DNA of 64,000 nucleotides, from contig NW_002060943.1 of NCBI RefSeq assembly GCF_000150275.1, positions 4,236,008 to 4,300,007 of the forward strand. The letters run 5' to 3'. A model generated the notes under the pieces. The model did not search any database, was not told the DNA's origin, and was given only the letters and a program-made list of their open reading frames with translations. The DNA is from Trichoplax adhaerens (Eukaryota > Animalia > Placozoa). The position numbers were made by a program, and so were the translations under genes. Shown here in pieces: positions 13,901 to 24,219 of this stretch (the first letter of the stretch is position 1; each line of letters begins with the position of its first letter).

Positions 13901-16733
13901 AATTGAGCTAATTTTTGATTCTATGTTCACGACCATTTTTATCCTTGGGTTTATTTAGTTCCATGGCTACTGATGATGATGAAAGTCCACTGAATAGCAA
14001 CATGAATAGCTTAGTAACTAGTGTAAATGGTTCAATGGAAAGCTTACAGGAAGAAGATTCAGCTTCTATTCGGCAAAATAATAGAACATGGAGTTGTCCA
14101 GACGAGGCTAGAATATCCCCAGTGGAAGAAAGATCTAAGTCAGTAGAGAACTTATCACTTGGGAAAGGTAGCCCTCAAAGTTATCATGAAAGCAATACCA
14201 ATATAGCAAGTTCAACTGGAAGTTGTGACACTGTTTATCATAAGCATCCTTTAGAGATTAGTCATGATAATGAAGAGTTGGATGCAAAACAAAATAGTTC
14301 TGACGAAGAAAAGAGTTTACAAAAGCAAGACAGGGTCTCGAGCCAAATGGATGTGTCTAACACTAGTAGTCAATCACAAAATAGTGCTAAAGAAGATATA
14401 CCGCAAACTAACGAAGACCCTAAGCCTGAAATTGAGGTGGATAAAAGTAAGACTGAGAATAATAGAGGCATTAAAGAAAGACGAAAGCAAATGTTGTCTT
14501 CTACTACGAGTGATGATGAAGTTTGGACAGAAATGACAGAAATCAAGAAAGTGGCAGTAGCACAAGGTCAACATGATGGAGGTTCTTTACCAGATATTCA
14601 TTTTCCTCAGCCGATAGAAGATGTAAGCATCAGTATATTCTATACAAATAGAAAATATCAATTCTATAGATAAATATTTACGTAAGGTCTCTATTAAATA
14701 TCATTGCTATTTAGCGCTAATCGATATTCCATTATTTAAATATAGTTGCAAGAAACGCAATATATGCTATTGAAGAAAAAAGAATACAAAATTGTCTTTG
14801 TTGGTGATTCCGGTGTTGGAAAATCTAGTTTTGTTCAATGTTTTTGCACCGATCAATTTAATAGTAGTTATAGCGCTACTATTGCTATCGATTTTCAAGT
14901 TAAGAATTTAATCATTAATGGAATGGAAATTATGCTTCAATTGTGGGATACAGCAGGGCACGAAAGGTAAGATAATTGTTTTACTTACAAATTTTCATTG
15001 ACAAGGTAAAACAGTCTGAAGGCTCATTCGCCTTTTGCTATTCGCTAGATATCAATAATGCCTCTATCTTATACAATTGAGATTTTCCCTTTTACTAGTG
15101 ATTTAAAAACGCAATGAGAATAAATTGCTATTTAGTTACGACAAAACTAGATTTAAATCGCTGATTTTAAGATCTTGCAATAGTGCTTCTAATATGATAT
15201 ATTTGAGTTTTTTTTGCTTTTATCTTTTATTTAAAAAATAGAATGAGAATAGATTATTACTTAGTTTAGGTAAAAGTAGATTTAAATAGCTGATTTTAAG
15301 ATTTTACAATAATGCTCTAATATGATGTATTTGAGATTTTTGCTTTATCAATTATTAATAAAAAAATAAATAGAGTGAGAATAAACTATTATTTAATTTT
15401 GGCAAAACTACATTTAAATCACTGATATTTAAGATTTTAAAGTAAAATAGTTGACGAAATTAATTCTTAATTACTATCTGCTATATCTTTAAATAATGTC
15501 AATATAATAGGAATTATTATTTAAATTTCGTCTAGCTAGATTTAAATTGCTTATTTTTAAGATTTGTAGTAAAATATTCTGCGAGATTATTTCGTCATTA
15601 TTGTCTAATCAATGTATAAATAGCTAAAATAGCAGAAGAGTAAATTATTATCCACTATGGTAGAACTAGGTTTAGAAATTGCTGATATTATAGATTTTGA
15701 AATAATTAATTTTAAGTTGTTGAATATTTTATAAGATTATTTCGCTATTTTCGTCTACAATATTGATATTTAATATATCTAGTAATACTTTTTAATTCAG
15801 CTGATGTTTAAAAACGAGAATTAATACGTTATTGTTTAAGATTAATCATACCTAATTTTTAATTGTTGTCGTGAATACTTCTGTAGATTTCGAAGTTTAA
15901 CCAAATCATATTTTCGAAAAGCGGATGGAATTGTCATGGTGTATGATTTAAGTAATCCATTATCATATGCCAGCCTACGAGAATGGATGTTTAGCGTTGA
16001 AGTAAGAAGTTTTACTTGATAAAGATTGCAATTCAATAATTTATGTAGTTTTTGCAAGTAATTGAGCTATCGTATTAAATAAAACGATATAAGGAAATTT
16101 TTTTGCTTAATTTTCATCCATTGCTTGTTGCTTATTTAAATTAATTAAAAATTGAATGTGGAAATATCAGTGTATTGAATATTTTTGTTATTTATCTAAC
16201 GATACCACAGGATGGTAAAGAAGACTATGCAACGGTCATGATTATAGGAAATAAAGCAGATTTAGCCGATAAAAATCGACGAGTTCAGTATAAAGATGGA
16301 ATTAAATTAGCTAAAGTAAGGATCATGATTTATTTATATCTGAAATGAATTATAAGCAGAAAATCAACTATAAAATATACAAAAACGAATTCTGCCTGTG
16401 GTCAAATTTGTAAATTTTGATAGGTTATTAATTCGAGCAATGGTATGTTGTTTTCTCTTCTAGGACAACGATGCTCTTTTCACCGAGACTAGTGCTAAGG
16501 GCGCCTATAACCTACATGAAGCTATGGTTGCTTTAACGACGGTTATCATGCATAAAAATCAAGAGACTCGGTTACCTAAGTTTATTCGAAAGAGCTCTAG
16601 TAATGGCAGTGGTAGAAATTTAATAAGAAGAAGTGTAACAAGTCGTAGTTATTCAGAATCATCCACATTCCATCTTTCACCAGAGACGAATTCACATGAG
16701 TTTGTCAAGAAAAAGTGTTGCGCAAGTAATTAA
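4966..16733 (+). CDS. CRACR2A: Large Rab GTPase with two N-terminal EF-hands, a coiled coil, a Ser/acidic linker and a C-terminal Rab domain (CRACR2A/EFCAB4B/Rab46-Rab44 type; related to RASEF/Rab45); 15 exons, 910 aa
   Basis: Exons 4966-5474, 10065-10211, 10899-10989, 11167-11262, 11754-11825, 11935-12050, 12177-12248, 12775-12862, 12947-13030, 13178-13260, 13959-14622, 14746-14966, 15887-16001, 16211-16315 and 16464-16733 sum to 2733 nt in frame. EF loops are DPDNQGYITLDD and DKDGQGYLTMEA. The coiled coil (LFEEFV..IQEAK..LENALR..LFDEMEIQIIKERE..EMNQKLRDDKD) resembles recalled CRACR2A more than RASEF. G motifs are GDSGVGKS, WDTAGHE, GNKAD and ETSAK, followed by a C-terminal KKKCCASN prenylation motif. 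Exact orthology (CRACR2A vs RAB44 vs their ancestor) needs a tree. Confidence 0.85.
11279..11510. repeat. Intronic tandem duplication, 2 diverged copies of ~117 bp
   Basis: gatacccgt..gagatagaatcttag.aatagc.attaaac.tatatc.gaatcatatc...tgtaaact occurs at ~11279 and again at ~11396. Confidence 0.8.
13499..13932. repeat. Intronic minisatellite, ~6 diverged copies of ~75 bp
   Basis: Recurring unit c(c/t)aatttcgctttct.agatcgaat..cataaattg.gctagtttatgatt.tat...catatg.tttactta. Confidence 0.85.
15075..15810. repeat. Intronic degenerate tandem repeat, ~5 copies of ~125-130 bp, in the intron that splits the Rab domain
   Basis: The motif gagaataaatt..tatttagtt...aaaactagatttaaat.gctgattttaagat recurs at ~15116, 15245 and 15377, with more decayed copies at ~15510 and ~15637. 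Confidence 0.75.
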
Positions 16734-18722
16734 AATACAGATGAGATAATACTCAATTTTAATATTTATCGAAAAGAATTATAAAGATTAATTATCATTA
16801 TCTAAAGTTATTTTATATCAGGATCTTTCTGAATTTGTTTGCAATGAGTTAAGTTGATGTCTAATCTTAAGAAAAACGGTAGTTGTAAACTTAAATTTGC
16901 AATGACACATCTATCCATATCGCCTGCTATACGATTTGATTTTTCAAATTTTACAAGACAATTTATCGACAAGTTGTTATCGCATCATATATCATTCACT
17001 TTAGTACATAGTTAGATTAAGTTTTAAGATGCAATGAATTAAGAGTGGCTTGCTTCAGCTCTGACCTATGTTACGGTATGATTATTTTACAGCAAATTTA
17101 CCTATCATGATTACAAAAAGATATTTTATAATATTAGTCTAGTGGCCATAATTATGGGTTATGAACTAATTTATTTCTTTTAATCTTGACAAAGAAAGAT
17201 TATTGACATAGTAAGCAAGCAATTCCAGTATCACTAAATTCCAATGTAGCTTATTTATTTTGAACGGCAAACTATAGTTTTACTGTTTGTTGTGTTTTGC
17301 TCTTTTTTGGACTTTGTTTATCCTATATATTTCTAATTAATGATAATAATTTATTAAATATGGTAATCATCAATAATAATCGATAGTTAACCGTATTTAC
17401 ACCGTACTGACAGAATGAAATTCTAGATAGTGCTTTCCTCATTAAGTATTGATGAAGCCATGCAAAGAATGAAATGAAAATACCCCACTTTTCTTATCAA
17501 TTGCCTATATCTTTTACGCTCTTCTTACAGAGTTATCAATTTCTTTCCTTATGCAACAAATGTTAGCAAATTCTCATATGATATTCATAATAAGAGTGGC
17601 TTGCATTTTTTTTCATGAGTAGATCTCCATAATCATTTGTGTTAGCGCTATAACTATTCCGTATGGAAAATGATGATGGTACTTCTTTTATTATAGTCAA
17701 GAAATAGCAATAAAAATACAATCATGATAAAATGGATTAATTTACAGAGCTAGACTGATTGAGGTTTTGCTACATCCATAATATGCATTGATTGAACTAG
17801 AAAATTATTATGTGTACTCCTGCATCGAGTACAAATGACCTCTATGGTTGATATTTAAAATCATTTTTTGACATAACAATGATTTATAAACTTCTATTTT
17901 AAATCAAATTGGAAATGGGTATACGTTTTGTTTGCTAGGTTTGATGAAGCATGTGCAAGTATAATACTGTTAGGACGCGTTTGATTGTGTCAATAGGTAT
18001 AGCAGTATACTAGGATAGTTAGTTCGAGACTGAATGGTTTAAGTAGATGTAAAGGGAGCACGGTACCTCTAGGTATATCGTGATGGATAAAAGGGTAATG
18101 CGAGCAACACAAGCTGGATCAGTAGTTTATCCCAGAACTACCCTAGGAATTAAGCAGAAAGAGACTGGAGTATTCTTAAGTTACTTACGCTACAGTAAGA
18201 GGCAGTTAAGTTATTATTACAGTAGTCGAAAATTATATTAAATACTTAAGACGATTCATACAACCATCTTGAATTCATAACAGACCTAATGCAAAATTAT
18301 CGTGGCAGAAAGCTGGTTATTAAACAAATACTTTACAACAGCAAATTGTAATCTTTTAAAGATTTATTGACATCGATTATCTGTAATGCTAATAAAGATC
18401 ATGATATCTGCGACAGAAACATGTTACTAACAGAAATAGCTACTTTACCGGTGTCCTTATTAATATTTTATAATATTTAAAATAGTGCAACGCTAAAAAC
18501 AGCCTATTAATTCAATTAATGTCAATATAGCCCACCACGTTTTAAGCAATCTTTTGACTGATTGTTTCTATAATAGTAGCATTAGTTTATATAGAGAAAT
18601 CAATCGAAGTTGTCATTTTCATGCCCATCAATTTCGAGATTATACACCCAATTAATTTTGACTTTGATTTATTATTAAGTAGTCATGCTTTGAAAGGTTA
18701 GGGCGTTGTAATATGTGAATCC

Positions 18723-21700
18723 TTATGAAATGACACCCAGTTGTTTTCCAACTTCTATAAAGGCATCGCTGCACTTGTCAATATCCTCTGTTGAATGGGC
18801 TGCTGAAACTTGCACACGAATGCGTGCTTTGCCTATTACATACATAAGTAAGGTATAAACAGAAACCACGGAAATTGTATAAAATACGTAAATACAATAA
18901 CTCAAGACGAAAAGAAATAGAGGTGTAGAAAATACAACTGTATAATTTTTTAACTTTAGCAATTTTGCTATTACCTTTGGGAACAACGGGAAAGCTAAAT
19001 CCAATGACATATATACCTTTTTCTGCAATTATGAAACAAGACTAATCAGTATTATTGTAAAAGTATACACCCTGTTGGGGTATATTACAATTAGGCAATT
19101 ACCAAGCATAGCATTTGCAAATTGGCTAGCTAAGCGTGCATCTCCTAACATCACAGGACAAATGGGATGGCTATCTCCCTACAACAATATAATCGTTTAC
19201 GTATGAGATGGTTATAATCTAGACAAAAGATAGCAAGAAGTAATATTTGCTTTACAATTATGTTAAAGCCCGCTGCTTTCATTTTTGTTCTGAATCTTAG
19301 AGTGTTTTCCTGTAATTTTTGGGTTAGTTCTGAAGTGTCCATTAAAAGATCGAATACTTTACTCGCAGAGGCAACTACTGGTGGGGGTAGTGAATTTGAG
19401 AACAAATAAGGGCGAGAGCGCTGACGTAGCAAAGCCACAAGAGACTCAGATCCGCATGTATATCCACCTAGCCCGAAGAAGAAATCATTTAAAACATTGC
19501 TAGTTATGCCCGTGAGATGGATCATATTCATTCGGTAGATTACCTGCAGCACCTCCTAAGGCTTTACCGAGGGTAGAATTGATAATATCAACACGTCCTA
19601 CAACATCAAGGAATTCTTCGGTTCCTCTAGATACATACATAATGCCATTTTTAATTCAAGAAATTAACTCTCGTTCATATGTAAAGGGAAAGTATTAGCG
19701 TACCGTCCTGTCTTTCCTAAGAATCCTGTCGCATGGCATTCATCAATGAATACTAATGCACCGTATTTATCAGCCAAATCACAAATTTCTCTTTATATGT
19801 ATTTAACACATACTCAGAGTAAGTTTAATCAATTAAATTAAATTTAAGGTCAATGAAATACGTATTAACGGTAATTTCTAATTTTGAGTCAATAGAAGTG
19901 TATATAACGTCTATTGCCGTTAAATTAGAGGCTAAAAGTGAATTTATACGCTACCTTAAAGGCGCAATGCTACCATCCATGCTGAATACTCCATCTGTCA
20001 CTATTAACTTTGTAGGTGAATCTTTCGCTTCGGCAAGTTTGCTTTCAAGATCTGATTTAAAAATTTAGCCTTCGTTATTAACAGGTGCTAATTAGGTAGT
20101 TTGTCAGTAACCAAAAAACTAAATTTTACTTAGGTACAAGATGGGCAGCTTATAGCATAAGTGATAGATAATCCTTTTTAATATGTAGTGTTGATAGAAT
20201 TCGTAGCCGAACCTTGTAAATTTCTGTGCTTATAGCGAAATTTGCGCGCCTTGCAGAGACGTATACCATCAATTATCGAAGCATGATTTAATTCGTCGCT
20301 TAATACGGCGTCTTCTTCACTCAAGATACATTCAAATATTCCAGCATTAGCATCAAAACAACTAGCGTATAGGATTGCTGCTTCTCTTGCGTGAAATTTT
20401 GCAATTTTGTTTTCTAAACCAATATGGATGTCCTAAAAATATACTCGTATAGTGTTACCAACATGGATTAATGACAATAATGGCATATTTAGTGATTTTT
20501 GGATGAAAAGGAATGTATGAGGAAGGTTGCTGTTCGGATATTTAAAACTAAAGTAATTAGGCATATCGGAGTACTATTTATTACCTGAGTGCCACAAATA
20601 AACCGAACCGAACTAAGACCAGCACCATAATCATCTAAAGCGTTCTTGGCAGCGCTAATAATTAGTGGATGAGACTAAAATTGTAGTAAGATGAATATGG
20701 TTATTATTATACATGATACCGTAACGTATGATTAGAAAGAATGCACACATGGCAATACGGCAGAGATTATCAGTTACTACTATCAATAAATACTTTATAC
20801 ATGGACAACTTTGTGACTATCATTTACATCCGATGTATGAGTATATGGACAATCAATAATTTTCCCATAGCACAAAGAATTAAAAATTTTCTTATGATGA
20901 GTTTTTCTAAATAACAAGGCATTTACCGAGAGACCAAGGTAATTATTAGCACAAAAGTTAAGAATGTTATCTGTTCTACTTTCAACTGCAATTGCTGCGG
21001 CTTGTGGTGTAGTGATGACCCTTTCGTCTTTCCAAGTACCTGCTTGTCTGATTTCTTCTAACTTTGCTTTCGTTGTTACGTTAAAAGCAGAAGCTGCTGC
21101 TGAATAGAATCTGTAAATAATAGCAAATAGTTACTCCTGAAATCAGTCCATTAAGTGAAACTCATCACCAATACAATGTAAACAGGTAGGGAAGAAGGTA
21201 AAATTCGATTGATACGCGTAAGTACATTGCATTTTACCTTGAATTGACAGTCGATTTAGACGTTAGTAAGTGGGCGGTGCGGTTAGCATTGCCTATTATG
21301 CAATATACAGTATGATAATTTCAAAGTCAGTTGGAATGATGAGAAGAATTATTCATTTCAATTTGTTACAGTTAATACTTTGATAGTAAAGTATCGCTTT
21401 TATCGCGTATTGTAGATGAGTATAGTTTGCATAAACTATATTCATAAAATTACTTTAGAAATGCGCATTTCAAAATTGTTTAGGCTAAGTAATACAGTAT
21501 GATTTTAACGTATTACTTGTAAGAAAAAGTTCAGTCATAATTAGCCAGTTTGAGTTGGTAAATAGATAAGGTTACTGGGATACTTAACGTTATCCTGTAT
21601 CATCTAAAATCCAAGATATTATACGCGTATGATATGCATAAGTAGGTATGTTTATTGCCTTAAGGGTAATATCAACGTATCAAGTACAGTACTGACGAGT

Positions 21701-22210
21701 CCAAAATATACAAATGTCTCAATCTGGATTAAATCTAGTTGATGGCTAATGGTAGGCATTGATGAGCTATTAGCGAATGATGAATTGATCCAACGAAGGT
21801 AAAGATTATCAGTGGTGCCTAGTACGACTATGTTACGAAATGAGATTTTCGTAAGTTATGTTGATACAGTTTCTATATCATAAGCTAACTGCAGCTTTAA
21901 CTTCTTCTGCTTGACTATACGAGTACAGTTGCATAGTCACTTATGGTAACATAAATAAATAAACCATTATAGGGGAGAAAAACTATCAAGTTTAGCGACA
22001 ATCAGAGTATTGATTGTAGACTTTTCTTCTTTCAGCTGATTTCTAATAACGATACCTATCTATTACACAGTAGTAAAGTATGCCTGGATTCCTAATATGA
22101 ATAAATTCATGGATCAATCCATCTATCAAGAGGTATTCCTACAAGGAGTCTAAAGGCCATTTTGTCACTTGGTGGTTATCTCATTGTCGCATACCAGAGG
22201 GCACTTTCAT
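18723..22210 (-). CDS. GCAT: 2-amino-3-ketobutyrate CoA ligase (glycine C-acetyltransferase), mitochondrial, PLP-dependent
   Basis: Minus-strand exons, 5' to 3': tentative 22210-22195 (MKVPS), 21292-21238, 21110-20927, 20674-20585, 20432-20212, 20052-19953, 19791-19703, 19627-19543, 19468-19256, 19178-19103, ~19016-18975 and ~18834-18723. Motifs include [82 protein letters not shown]-Lys [27 protein letters not shown] and [11 protein letters not shown]. The N-terminus has a presequence-like SRFY|SAAA. Only the first micro-exon is uncertain. Confidence 0.93.
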
Positions 22211-24219
22211 CTTGCCACCATTAAACGTGATTGAATTCCATCAGATACAACTAAGGGTCCAATTCGTTGAAAACAATCACTTATAACAGGTAACAAAGAG
22301 GTGTACCAAGATATATCTCGGATGGATTGATGATTTGTACATGGGCATCAAGGTTATCCCGTGGTATTTACCAGAATTATTTTCTTGAACAGTAGTAGTT
22401 GTAAGAACAAATTGCCACTATTTATTTTTATTTGTATCGATCGTTCTGGAATAGTTTAATATGGCTATGTTATAATTTAGAAAACTAATTGTGACCGAAT
22501 AAAATGTGGCGTTCTAGCCATCATTTCTACATAAACTAGCGTAATAATATCAAAGTTATCTAATTTGATGGAATAGTGCTAGGAGCATGGCCAGTAGCCA
22601 TTGCTTGGCAGCCTATTTTGTCCAGTATAATTGTATAGGAAGCGATTCAATTGAAAATCATTGCTTGTAAAGTATGACCAATGCAAACAGAGACATGGCC
22701 ATTGCTGATAGATAGACTTACGCAATAATGTTGAGGTTATTGGCATCATTTTTCCCAATAGAGTTGCTCAATCTGTCTTAGGCTTGTTGAGGAATGGGAG
22801 AAGATGGGATGCAGCAGCAAAGCTTAAAACTATCCCTACCGAGGGCTTGGTAGCCAAGGGCGCATTTGATTGGCTACTGACCACAACAAAGACGCCAGCT
22901 ATACTGTAGACAGTATCGTGTTTTATGGGCGATTGTAGCATTACTGTGTTAGTATGGACAGCATCGATCTGACAGTGGTGATCCAAGCAACAGGTACCCA
23001 AACGGTACTAGTCAGGTCCCAATACCTTATACGGTACATTATCGTTTCGACGCTTAACATGGATTTCACTGCCGTTTAAGCGCTGTATGGTACCGTAGAC
23101 TAGATTCTGCAGCGTATACTAGAGCCTACAATATAAATGGAGATATCCAGACGGTCGAATTGACTGATTTCTTCTTATTAAAGCAATTATTAAATCTTAT
23201 TATCTGTTACTCAAGTACTGCTTGGAAACAGCTATATAAGATCGTCAAAGCTTATTTCAATTCATACTAGAGATTTAGAAAAGAGACATGGAAGAACCAT
23301 AACACAGTATCGTAGTCATTTTTGCCATCCTTGGCAATGTCCGTCCATCGGAGGGAATAATTATATAATCAGTCTAGGTTAATGGCTGGGCGGCATACTG
23401 CTGTTTCAATATAACACTTGGAATTTTATGGGTTTTTGAATAGCTTTTTGTAGAGGATAAATACTCTGCTTGAACATCATATTGTCAACAGGATAAAGAA
23501 GACTTTTCATTCTGCTATCCGTCCTCAGCTATGCCATACATCTACTCTACCACTTGGGCAAAATTTCAGACAGACAGACTTTCTGACTCAATCAGGCCAT
23601 TCATATCGAAAATAACTACTTACTATACTGTACTATCGATCTTCTGTGTCCCTTTTTCCAAATCATGGGTACAAATTTAAATGTCATTGACGATCTTATA
23701 GAAGTGTTTTCAAGCAGAATTTAGTCTCGGATAATAAGATTCAACACGTAATATTGCTTAATTTAGAAAAAAATCAATCCATTTCAGATCGTCCGTCTGC
23801 ATACTAAAGTACTCTCATAACCAAGTGTTTGAAACAATACTGTACTTGGACGAGATGAGGCTGAAAAGGTCTGTCCGTCCAAGAGTGATCAGTCTGGCAT
23901 CGACTGCTAATACTGTACTCTATGATAGCACTCTTTCATGGCATACAGTAACTATACTGTATACTGTACTGTAACTTACAGTGGTAGAGGCTGAAAAGGT
24001 CTGTCCGTCCAAGAGTGATCAGTCTGGCATCGACTACTAATACTGTACTCTACAGTATGATAGCACTCTTTATACTGTATACTGTACTGTAACTTACAGT
24101 GGTACAGACACGTTGCTAGCCTAGACACTCAGTCGACAACTAAATGGCAGATTAGGATTAGCAGGCTATCGAAGGTTAGCATTGATTTTCTACTAGTATA
24201 AGACAGCAAAGTTGGACGA
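22211..24219. promoter_or_regulatory. Probable bidirectional (head-to-head) promoter region between GCAT and CMTR1
   Basis: Divergent start codons lie ~2 kb apart (GCAT tentative ATG at 22210 on -, CMTR1 ATG at 24220 on +). No transcription start site data are available. Confidence 0.5.
23857..24104. repeat. Recent direct tandem duplication (130 bp + ~118 bp) just upstream of the CMTR1 ATG
   Basis: gaggctgaaaaggtctgtccgtccaagagtgatcagtctggcatcgact(g/a)ctaatactgtactcta... occurs at 23857 and 23987, near-identical apart from small indels. Confidence 0.92.

Noticed and set aside
14264-14574. Overlapping and antisense ORFs in the track (e.g. 14264-14536, 14374-14574, 15842-16057, 19853-20068, 27192-27389, 28332-28544, 30836-31063, 31327-31629, 41719-41934)
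   Set aside because: They are alternative-frame or antisense shadows of real exons.
17940-18210. Slightly GC-richer block between the convergent large-Rab and GCAT 3' ends, considered as an ncRNA or TE
   Set aside because: No recognisable tRNA, snoRNA or snRNA motifs, ORF or terminal repeats.
22768-23001. GC-richer segment; the + frame reads RWDAAAKLKTIPT..GAFDW, faintly like retrotransposon gag, and there is a 77-aa ORF on the - strand
   Set aside because: The similarity is too short to support by eye; no LTRs or colinear motifs were seen. A blastx/HMM search would be needed.
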